This document shows positions 38,449 through 45,470 of a stretch of DNA of 45,539 bases, piece after piece. The notes beneath the pieces were generated by a model. That model did not search any database. It saw nothing but the letters and a program-made list of their open reading frames with translations, and had not been told where the DNA came from. The number at the start of each line of letters is the position of its first letter. The stretch's first letter is position 1. The DNA lies in assembly GCA_044433545.1 (NCBI GenBank), contig JAWXTO010000001.1, forward strand, positions 1 through 45,539. Direction: 5' to 3'. A program made the position numbers and the translations under genes. The stretch is from Rikenellaceae bacterium (GTDB lineage: Bacteria > Bacteroidota > Bacteroidia > Bacteroidales > Rikenellaceae).

Positions 38449-39787
38449 AGAGTTTTTTCAAGACAAATTTGATTTGTCTGCTGATAAAGCCCATGAAGAT
38501 GAAGTTGTTGAAAACATAAAGAAAAGTGCAGAATTTAAGGGTACAAACCTTTGGATTCTTATTTTTGCGACCTTTATTGCCTCAATCGGTTTGAATACAA
38601 ATTCCTCGGCTGTAATTATTGGTGCGATGTTAATCTCTCCGCTTATGGGGCCTATTATTGGTATCGGTATGGCGGTTGCAATTAATGACTTTGAGTTGTT
38701 AAAACGTGCTCTTCGTAATTTTATGTTTGCAATTTCGATAAGCCTTATTGTGTCTGCGTTATATTTTATTATGTCACCTTTAACAATTGCACAAAGTGAG
38801 TTATTGTCACGTACACAACCTACAACATGGGATGTGCTTATAGGTTTGTTTGGTGGTTTGGCAGGTATTGTTGCTCAATCTCGAAAAGATAGAACGAGTA
38901 CGGTTATTCCAGGTGTTGCTATCGCTACAGCTCTTATGCCACCTCTATGTACGGCAGGTTTTGGTCTTGCAACCTTAAATATGGAGTACTTTTTCGGGGC
39001 TTTATACCTATTCGTCATAAATTCTATCTTTATTGCACTTGCGACTTACAGTTTAGTGCGCTTTATGAAATATAAGAAGAAGACTTTTGTTAACCCTATT
39101 AGAGAGCGACAAATTAAACGAATAATGGGGGCTATTGTCTTTGTTATTGTTGTGCCTAGCATTTTGCTTGCGATAAATATCGTAAGAGAAACAACGTTTA
39201 AAGCTAACACAAAGCACTATGTTGAGAATGTTTTTGAATTTAACGATACACAAGTGATAAATTACACTTGTTCATATTCAGCTAGCAGACAAGAAATTGA
39301 GGTCACGCTTATCGGAAAACCTATTTCTGACGATGCGATGCAGTCTATTCATAATCAGCTTGTTACGTACAGTCTTGACGGTGCTGAATTGTCGATTAAA
39401 CAACAAAGTATGGGGGATACAACTCTAGCTTCTACGACAATACGCTCGCTTGACAAATTACAAACGTTTTCTCAAGAGATTATAAAAGAAAAAGAAGCGC
39501 AGATTGAACATTTGACAGAGCAGGTTAATAAATTTAAACTATCACACGTGCCTGTAGAAGATATTGTGAAAGAATTTGGGGCTATTTCAGGGATGAAAGA
39601 TGTACAATTAGCAGTGTCTAAATTGCCAGTTTATAATTTAGACGGTAGTGTTGCAGACACAGTGTTGACATGTTTTGTTACTTTACAAAACAAAAGTTTA
39701 ACGTTGACTGACGCTAACAAAACGTTAATTGTAAATTGGTTAAAAGTGAGAACATCCTCTAAGAATGTGAGGATTATAGTAGAATAA
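38414..39787 (+). CDS. DUF389/TIGR00341-like integral membrane protein
   Basis: IASIGLNTNSSAVIIGAMLISPLMGP motif and multiple TM helices. The start is chosen at MEKKDP and overlaps the rsmI 3' end by 35 nt. Confidence 0.82.
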   Translation: MEKKDPIRQKIKEFFQDKFDLSADKAHEDEVVENIKKSAEFKGTNLWILIFATFIASIGLNTNSSAVIIGAMLISPLMGPIIGIGMAVAINDFELLKRALRNFMFAISISLIVSALYFIMSPLTIAQSELLSRTQPTTWDVLIGLFGGLAGIVAQSRKDRTSTVIPGVAIATALMPPLCTAGFGLATLNMEYFFGALYLFVINSIFIALATYSLVRFMKYKKKTFVNPIRERQIKRIMGAIVFVIVVPSILLAINIVRETTFKANTKHYVENVFEFNDTQVINYTCSYSASRQEIEVTLIGKPISDDAMQSIHNQLVTYSLDGAELSIKQQSMGDTTLASTTIRSLDKLQTFSQEIIKEKEAQIEHLTEQVNKFKLSHVPVEDIVKEFGAISGMKDVQLAVSKLPVYNLDGSVADTVLTCFVTLQNKSLTLTDANKTLIVNWLKVRTSSKNVRIIVE

Positions 39788-39791
39788 AAAA

Positions 39792-39890
39792 TGGGTAAGC
39801 TATTTACATCGCACCGCTCAACCATAGTACCCTTGCTATCTTCCGATCCTGGGGGATTGTACAGGAGCTGGTCGTGTAAGACTTACCCGC
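39792..39890 (-). ncRNA. ffs: small (4.5S-type) signal recognition particle RNA
   Basis: The minus strand reads ...CCCAGGATCGGAAGATAGCAAGGG..., matching the domain IV pattern (CAGG-N-GGAA tetraloop-AGCA). The 5' GGGTAAG pairs with the 3' CTTACCC. An exact TACTTTTG box lies just upstream. Confidence 0.8.
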
Positions 39891-39892
39891 CA

Positions 39893-39900
39893 CAAAAGTA
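39893..39900 (-). promoter_or_regulatory. -7 box TACTTTTG (minus strand) driving the SRP RNA
   Basis: The plus strand reads CAAAAGTA, immediately upstream of the predicted RNA 5' end. Confidence 0.55.
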
Positions 39901-39929
39901 GTAAAAATTTAATATAATACAAATTTATT

Positions 39930-40967
39930 ATGAAAAAAACGTATAAAATTATTGGTGCGGTCTTATCTCTTGTAGCCGTAATAGCTATAGGATTTGTAGT
40001 CGTAAACGGTATGTTATACTATAATTACGCCTTTAAAGAAGTGACATTAAAAGAGGGCGTATTTTTTGTGCCAACTGGTACAACACATGAACAACAAATA
40101 GAAAATCTTGTGAAAGAAGGGTTTGTGAGCGACAGTGTCGAATATGCTAAAGTTGCAGAGCACTTTGAATCTACAAGAGTAAGACCAGGAAAGTACACAA
40201 TAAATAAGGGGCTTACATATAAAGACCTGTTTGCAGTGATAGTTGGTGGTCGACAAACACCAGTTAAGGTCACTTTTAACAATATTAGAGACGATAAGAA
40301 AATGGCTTCTGTAATTTCTAAATACATTGAAGCTGACTCTATAGAAATTATTAAGGCAATTCGTAATGACACTTTAATTGAAGGTTTAGGCTTTGATAAA
40401 AAGTCAATTATGGGGCTTTTTATTCCGAACACATACGAATTTTATTGGAACACTTCGGGTGAAGACTTTCTAAGACGTATGAAAAAAGAATATGACCGTT
40501 TTTGGAGTTCTTCGTCTCGTGAAGAAAGGCTTGATGAGTTAGGTTTAACAAAACAAGACGTGTCAACGTTGGCTTCTATTGTGATTGAAGAATCAAAATA
40601 TAATGCAGAGATGCCACGTATTGCGGGAGTGTATATGAATCGCTTAAAAATAGGAATGCCGTTACAGGCTGACCCTACAGTGAAGTTTGCGCTTGGTGAT
40701 CCATCAATAAAAAGGGTGTTGTTGCGCCATTTAGAGGTCAATTCTCCTTATAATACATACAAAAACGCAGGATTGCCTCCAGGAGTTATCTGTACACCTC
40801 CAATTGTTGCTATAGATGCAGTTTTAAACGCTGAAGAACATTCATATTATTATTTCTGTGCTGATAGTGACCTTACAGGAAAGCATATTTTTGCAAAATC
40901 TTTGAGTGAACACACGGCAAATGCTCGTAAATATGCCGCAGAACTTAATAAAAGAGGCATTCGTTAG
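39930..40967 (+). CDS. mltG: endolytic murein transglycosylase (YceG/MltG)
   Basis: N-terminal TM helix, LASIVIEESKYNAEMPRIAGVYMNRL, and NTYKNAGLPPG. Confidence 0.92.
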   Translation: MKKTYKIIGAVLSLVAVIAIGFVVVNGMLYYNYAFKEVTLKEGVFFVPTGTTHEQQIENLVKEGFVSDSVEYAKVAEHFESTRVRPGKYTINKGLTYKDLFAVIVGGRQTPVKVTFNNIRDDKKMASVISKYIEADSIEIIKAIRNDTLIEGLGFDKKSIMGLFIPNTYEFYWNTSGEDFLRRMKKEYDRFWSSSSREERLDELGLTKQDVSTLASIVIEESKYNAEMPRIAGVYMNRLKIGMPLQADPTVKFALGDPSIKRVLLRHLEVNSPYNTYKNAGLPPGVICTPPIVAIDAVLNAEEHSYYYFCADSDLTGKHIFAKSLSEHTANARKYAAELNKRGIR

Positions 40968-41034
40968 GTGTTGAGGGGCGTTTCAGACAATATTAGAATA
41001 AGTTGTTGCGTTTAAGTTGTGTGCATGATATTTT

Positions 41035-41068
41035 GGGAAATCCACAAAACATAGTTTTGCGAATCTCC
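41035..41068. repeat. dispersed palindromic repeat family A, copy A2
   Basis: GGGAAATCCACAAAAC-ATA-GTTTTGCGAATCTCC, starting 67 nt after the mltG stop. Confidence 0.6.
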
Positions 41069-41094
41069 TAAAGCAGCCAAAATTAGGCGAAAAA

Positions 41095-41169
41095 ATGTGA
41101 TATTTTAATGTTTTTGCTGAAAAGATGTGATTTTTGATAGTTCTGTATGTCAGCAAGTTGTGATTTTTG
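41095..41169 (+). repeat. three direct repeats of (A/T)TGTGAT(A)TTTT upstream of the tRNA-Val promoter
   Basis: Copies begin at 41095, 41125 and 41158, spaced 30 and 33 nt apart. Each is followed by a TGAAAA-type motif. Confidence 0.45.
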
Positions 41170-41201
41170 TTGAAAAATTATTGAAAAAAGTTGCTAAATA
41201 A

Positions 41202-41233
41202 TTTGGAAGTAATAGATTTTATATCTACTTTTG
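41202..41233 (+). promoter_or_regulatory. Bacteroidota-type promoter of tRNA-Val (-33 TTTG, 20-nt spacer, -7 TACTTTTG)
   Basis: TTTG at 41202-41205 and TACTTTTG at 41226-41233. The tRNA 5' end is 16 nt downstream. Confidence 0.6.
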
Positions 41234-41248
41234 TAACGCAATAATAAA

Positions 41249-41323
41249 GGGAGCATAGCTCAGTTGGTTCAGAGCATCTGCCTTACAAGCAGAGGGTCAT
41301 AGGTTCGAATCCTATTGTTCCCA
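41249..41323 (+). tRNA. tRNA-Val (anticodon TAC)
   Basis: Acceptor stem GGGAGCA/TGTTCCC, D-loop AGCTCAGTTGG, anticodon loop CTTACAA, T-loop GGTTCGAATCC, discriminator A. No encoded CCA. Confidence 0.95.
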
Positions 41324-41330
41324 CTTTAGA

Positions 41331-41360
41331 AAAGCAGCTACCAAAAGTAGTTGCTTTTTT
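41331..41360 (+). terminator. intrinsic terminator after tRNA-Val
   Basis: AAAGCAGCTAC / GTAGTTGCTTT stem followed by a T-run. Confidence 0.7.
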
Positions 41361-41382
41361 GTTTTATGTTATTTGTTAATTT

Positions 41383-42183
41383 ATGAATCAATTTAGAACA
41401 CCACCAATTGTTAAAGGGTTACTTATAATAAATATAGTAGTCTTTGGTCTTCAGTCGTTGCTTCCTAATGGAATGGGCGACGTTATTACAGAATATTTAG
41501 GGTTGCATTATTTTGGCTCTCCGTTATTCTATGTATATCAGTTTTTTACACATATTTTCTTGCACGGAAGTTTTATGCATCTATTTTCAAACATGTTTGC
41601 ATTATGGATGTTTGGTCGCCTTTTAGAATATGAAATTGGCAGTAGACGTTTCTTAATTTACTATACAATTTGTGGAATCGGGGCAGCTATACTACACAGC
41701 GGCATCGTGGCTTTAGAGATTTCGGCGATACAGGATAATGTGTCAGCCTTTTTAGCAAACCCTACGCCTGAGTTATTTGACGCCTTAGTTATTGACAACT
41801 TCAAGGGAGCTGTCGTACATGAAGATTTCCTAAATAATTGGTATGACATGCCTCAAAATGCAGAATACATCAAATCTGCAATGTATGCAGCAAATAAATT
41901 GTTGTCAACTAGCATTAACACAGTTACTTTAGGTGCTTCAGGGGCTATATTTGGCATACTTCTAGCCTTTGGAATGATGCATCCTAATGACAGAATTATG
42001 TTGCTTATTCCGCCAATTCCTATGAAAGCTAAATATTTTGTAATGGGATACGCTTTACTTGAACTATATCTAGGTTTATCAGATTCAACCAGCAATATAG
42101 CCCATTTTGCTCACCTTGGAGGTATGATTTTTGGATTTTTCATCCTAAGATATTGGAAAAGAACAGGGAGGATTTATTATTAG
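41383..42183 (+). CDS. rhomboid family intramembrane serine protease
   Basis: HIFLHGSFMHLFSNM (HxxxN) and GASGAIFG motifs, with a catalytic His region near the C-terminus (AHLGG). Confidence 0.9.
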   Translation: MNQFRTPPIVKGLLIINIVVFGLQSLLPNGMGDVITEYLGLHYFGSPLFYVYQFFTHIFLHGSFMHLFSNMFALWMFGRLLEYEIGSRRFLIYYTICGIGAAILHSGIVALEISAIQDNVSAFLANPTPELFDALVIDNFKGAVVHEDFLNNWYDMPQNAEYIKSAMYAANKLLSTSINTVTLGASGAIFGILLAFGMMHPNDRIMLLIPPIPMKAKYFVMGYALLELYLGLSDSTSNIAHFAHLGGMIFGFFILRYWKRTGRIYY

Positions 42184-42257
42184 TATAATTTTCAATAAAA
42201 TCACCTAATTTAGACATAATCAACACATAACAAAATTTCAAGTGTCGAGCTTTAATA

Positions 42258-42293
42258 AAAACGCCTTTACAGCATGTTGTAGAGGCGTTTTTT
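42258..42293 (+). terminator. intrinsic terminator after the rhomboid gene
   Basis: AAAACGCCTTTAC / GTAGAGGCGTTTT stem followed by a T-run. Confidence 0.75.
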
Positions 42294-42362
42294 GTGTCTA
42301 AGAAGTTAGTGATTCTAAAAAATCGTTACGGACATTCTTGCAATTTATCCAAATGCGATTTC

Positions 42363-42370
42363 TACATTTG
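42363..42370 (+). promoter_or_regulatory. candidate -7 box TACATTTG heading the accessory module
   Basis: Exact TAnnTTTG match, 90 nt upstream of the small ORF. I noticed no other exact box between here and 45329. Confidence 0.45.
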
Positions 42371-42459
42371 TGCAAAGGCAAGAAAATCATAAAGTCCTAG
42401 GTAATAGTTTTTTCTTGCATGAAAACAAAATATTTATTAACTTTAAAAACTAAATTGAT

Positions 42460-42642
42460 ATGAAACGACAACTAAGGTTAGATTTCAATCCGCTGCCAAA
42501 GCGCAGTTATGATTTAAATCTTTATAGCTCTTACCCATGTTCTATTATGGGCAAAAAGAGAGAACACGCACCAACATGGCACTGTTTTGTTGTGTTTGAT
42601 GACGAAATTTCACTAGTAATTACTAATTTTTTATCTAAATAG
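42460..42642 (+). CDS. orphan 60-aa ORF (coding status uncertain)
   Basis: ATG-initiated and basic at the N-terminus (MKRQLRLDFNPLPKR). No recognisable motif. Confidence 0.35.
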   Translation: MKRQLRLDFNPLPKRSYDLNLYSSYPCSIMGKKREHAPTWHCFVVFDDEISLVITNFLSK

Positions 42643-42693
42643 AACGGCTGTGAATGTTATTGTAAAGAAATATTAGAAAATGACATATATGAA

Positions 42694-42700
42694 AAGGAGG
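42694..42700 (+). promoter_or_regulatory. canonical Shine-Dalgarno AAGGAGG
   Basis: Lies 6 nt upstream of the ATG at 42707. The other gene starts I inspected in this window lack any such element. Confidence 0.5.
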
Positions 42701-42706
42701 TAAGTG

Positions 42707-43537
42707 ATGTTTTGGAATAAAAAAAATAAAAATGACGATAGCGAAAACCAAAATTACGAATATAAATTTCGTCGTAATGGTTCAATAATCCAAAAACCGA
42801 CCGACTCAGATTATAGTTATGCTAAAATAAAAAGCAATCCAGCACTAAAAGGATTAAAAGGCGTTGATGATTACAGTGAATTTACTAGTAAGGATAAGAA
42901 GAATAATTTAATTTATAAATTTAACGATAGTAGTAATATCACAGATTTTAACTTTTCAGACAACCCCAACAAAGAGAAGAGGGCTGCAAAACGAGCCGAA
43001 AAAGGCAGAAATCGCAGAGGTACAGCGTTTACAATTAATGACGACAAAGTAGCTGACGAACTTTACAGAGCAGTCGCTGGAAACTCAGATGTGGAGTATA
43101 TGAAAGTTGGGTATAGACAAAATGAAGATTCAGAGGAGCAAAACCTAATTAAAACAGATAAAAGTCCTACAATGGTGAAACCTAAAGACCTTGGAGCACT
43201 ACACGTAGCTGGAAAAGAAATCATTGATGTGACTCATAGTCACCCATTTAACCCCAATGGTATATTTGCAACAAAATTTGCTTCAGAAGAAGACACGCTT
43301 GACTATCTGAATACTTACAATAATTTTCACACAGATTATAAAGTTAGCAACAGAAATTACAACATGCCTAAACACAATGTTTATCATCCTTGGACATCAG
43401 ATATTAACAATCTTCCACATACAATGGAATATAACCATAAAGGTACAATTTTATTAAACGAAATGACTTTAGACGATACAAAAGAGATGTATTATAAAAA
43501 ATTAAAGGAAGAAGCAGGAATTGAAATTAAAAGATAA
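42707..43537 (+). CDS. standalone JAB/MPN-like (JAMM-type, DUF4329-like) putative metallopeptidase with an N/K/D-rich N-terminal region
   Basis: VEYMKVGY (candidate Glu) then DVTHSHPFNPNGIFATKFASEEDTLDY, giving E...HxH...SxxD. No signal peptide. The ORF-track start is GTG at 42704. Confidence 0.8.
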   Translation: MFWNKKNKNDDSENQNYEYKFRRNGSIIQKPTDSDYSYAKIKSNPALKGLKGVDDYSEFTSKDKKNNLIYKFNDSSNITDFNFSDNPNKEKRAAKRAEKGRNRRGTAFTINDDKVADELYRAVAGNSDVEYMKVGYRQNEDSEEQNLIKTDKSPTMVKPKDLGALHVAGKEIIDVTHSHPFNPNGIFATKFASEEDTLDYLNTYNNFHTDYKVSNRNYNMPKHNVYHPWTSDINNLPHTMEYNHKGTILLNEMTLDDTKEMYYKKLKEEAGIEIKR

Positions 43538-43594
43538 CAGTTCTTGTTGTATAAAGCCAAATCAATGTAACTTGAATTTAATACAAAATAACAG

Positions 43595-44095
43595 ATGAAG
43601 CAAATTGTCACATTTACACTATTAATCTCATTCATTTTAGGTTGTGCCTCTCAACACAATCTGCAAATTAATGAAAAAGACCTTACAACAAACATAGAAA
43701 GTGATTCAATAATAATTAGAGGAAGGGTTATTGAAGAAAAAAGCCGTCAAAAAACTAAAAACATTACACCAATAGAGGGCGTAATATTTGCTTTCTTAGA
43801 TTTAAGGTATAAGGATGAGTTAATAAAAGACCCTCTTTTCTATCAAAAAGATTCTACCGTTCATATCCCTGCAAGCAATTACGCTGTTTCAGATAAAAAC
43901 GGATATTTTAACCTTAAATTAGAGAAAAATAAATATGTCACAAAATCTATCTATATTGGTTATGACAATGCTATAATAGACATTATCCCTGTGGAACAAG
44001 AGATTGATTTAGGTGAAATTGAATTAAAAGCAACAATTATTGATGACAGTGATGACTTTATGAAAGTTCGCAATTCACGTAAATCAATGAAATAA
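43595..44095 (+). CDS. lipoprotein, carboxypeptidase-regulatory-like beta-sandwich pattern (paralog 1)
   Basis: Lipobox ILGC, then IIIRGRVIEE...SDKNGYFNLKLEKNKY...IYIGY. Confidence 0.8.
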   Translation: MKQIVTFTLLISFILGCASQHNLQINEKDLTTNIESDSIIIRGRVIEEKSRQKTKNITPIEGVIFAFLDLRYKDELIKDPLFYQKDSTVHIPASNYAVSDKNGYFNLKLEKNKYVTKSIYIGYDNAIIDIIPVEQEIDLGEIELKATIIDDSDDFMKVRNSRKSMK

Positions 44096-44176
44096 TTCAA
44101 AAATCTAACAGTGCAAGAAATCTTATCTAAAACAAGTTCTACATATAAGTTGTAAGCATGTATAAAATCTTAAATC

Positions 44177-44887
44177 ATGAAGCATATCCTATTCCTCATT
44201 ATAACTTTTACTATTTCATGTAAAGTTTTTGCACAGAACAATGATTCTGTATTTTTAAAAGGCAGAGTTGTTCTTTTTGAAACAAAAGAAGCATCGGCTA
44301 GTTTTGTAGCATTTTATAAAGATTTGGAATTAGGGTTAAACACAAAGTTATCTCATGCAGAAATAGATGATTCATTAGTCGTTGCGCTTTTAAACACAGA
44401 CAAGAATGGCGATTTTAAGATAAAATTACCTAAAGGTGATTATATAATGAGAATTTTCTCAGCCATTTCGCTAGACATAACGCAAAAAGTATCTCTTAAA
44501 GACAGCATTGTAGACTTAGGCATCTATGACCCTTTCTCTTCAAGTTATTATCTTGATGAAGCACCTGCGATGACTGCACTTAGACGACGAGTTTACAATA
44601 GAATTATGATGTATCGTCAAAATGGCAACCCAACAAAATTTAATGTAATTAGTGAAGAAGAAGTCAAATGTGACACCACAAAATTAACAGTAGTCTACGA
44701 AGATTTTAACAGCGATTCAGACATAAAAGCATATTACACTTCTGGGCTTGTAGTTTTTAAAGAAGAGTCTAATGGCAACAGGCAAGATTCACGAAAAAAG
44801 ATGCAGAAATACATAACAAAAATGACTAAAAAATATTCAAAACTTGAAAAGGCTCATTTTAAAGAGGCAGTGCTTAAAGAAAAATAA
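44177..44887 (+). CDS. secreted protein, carboxypeptidase-regulatory-like pattern plus a basic C-terminal extension (paralog 2)
   Basis: Signal peptide ...KVFAQ, then FLKGRVVLFE...TDKNGDFKIKLPKGDYIM. Confidence 0.8.
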   Translation: MKHILFLIITFTISCKVFAQNNDSVFLKGRVVLFETKEASASFVAFYKDLELGLNTKLSHAEIDDSLVVALLNTDKNGDFKIKLPKGDYIMRIFSAISLDITQKVSLKDSIVDLGIYDPFSSSYYLDEAPAMTALRRRVYNRIMMYRQNGNPTKFNVISEEEVKCDTTKLTVVYEDFNSDSDIKAYYTSGLVVFKEESNGNRQDSRKKMQKYITKMTKKYSKLEKAHFKEAVLKEK

Positions 44888-44894
44888 TACATAT

Positions 44895-45329
44895 ATGAAC
44901 AAAATAACATTATTATTAGTAATGCTGCTGATTTCAAGCAATGTAGCAGGTCAAAATTTATCAAATAAATATATACAGCGTAAAGACACAAAAGGCTTTC
45001 TCCATATAACAGGGAGGCTTTTGTCTTATGGAGATAAAGCTGATAGCACCTATGAAAAAGGGGCAACTATTTTGGCGTATAAGTTAAACAGCAAGAAAGG
45101 AACAACTAGCAACAGTCCTACGTTTATGGGGTACACAGATGATAACGGTTTATTTGACATCTGTTTGTCTAAAGGATTTTATTTAATCATTTTTGAAGGT
45201 GAATCATCAAGTGTTTTGTATAAGAAAATAAGGCTACGCAAAAAATCAATAGAATTAGAAGATGCGAAATTAGAAGGTTATATTGTTACGGTTAGTTTCT
45301 GTGGGCAAAATAGCAAACCAGTGCTTTAA
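44895..45329 (+). CDS. secreted protein, carboxypeptidase-regulatory-like pattern (paralog 3)
   Basis: The ATG at 44895 gives the signal peptide MNKITLLLVMLLISSNVAGQ, then HITGRLLSYG...TDDNGLFDICLSKGFYLI. Confidence 0.75.
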   Translation: MNKITLLLVMLLISSNVAGQNLSNKYIQRKDTKGFLHITGRLLSYGDKADSTYEKGATILAYKLNSKKGTTSNSPTFMGYTDDNGLFDICLSKGFYLIIFEGESSSVLYKKIRLRKKSIELEDAKLEGYIVTVSFCGQNSKPVL

Positions 45330-45332
45330 TAT

Positions 45333-45380
45333 GGGTGATACCCGAAAAAAGAAGATAAAAAATTAGACATTAAATAAAAT
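45333..45380 (+). repeat. dispersed repeat family C, partial copy C2
   Basis: GGGTGATACCCGAAAA...TTAGACATTAAATAAA resembles C1, GGGTGATGCCCAAAA..CTAAGACATTTAAATAAA. No right-hand arm is present. Confidence 0.5.
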
Positions 45381-45386
45381 TTTATA

Positions 45387-45421
45387 GGGAGATTTCCAAA
45401 ACCTCGTTTTGTGGATTCCCC
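45387..45421. repeat. dispersed palindromic repeat family A, copy A3
   Basis: GGGAGATTTCCAAAAC-CTC-GTTTTGTGGATTCCCC. The right arm is 15/16 identical to the reverse complement of the A2 left arm. Confidence 0.6.
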
Positions 45422-45470
45422 TAATAATTTTCTATGAAAATTATACGCTCTTTTGCCCTTAAAGGCAAAA

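Noticed and set aside
39631-39825. 64-aa minus-strand ORF spanning the end of the DUF389 gene and the spacer
   Set aside because: It overlaps a well-supported CDS on the opposite strand and the SRP RNA, and has no motif or start context.
42337-42418. Invertible (phase-variable) promoter flanked by TTCTTGC/GCAAGAA repeats around the TACATTTG box
   Set aside because: The inverted repeats are only 7-9 bp, much shorter than known Bacteroidales invertible-region repeats. No recombinase gene is nearby. The repeats are better explained as a leader hairpin.
44844-44894. ORF-track start of paralog 3 overlapping paralog 2
   Set aside because: The ATG at 44895 yields a typical signal peptide (MNKITLLLVMLLISSNVAGQ). 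The upstream extension is basic, non-hydrophobic and overlaps the end of the preceding gene.
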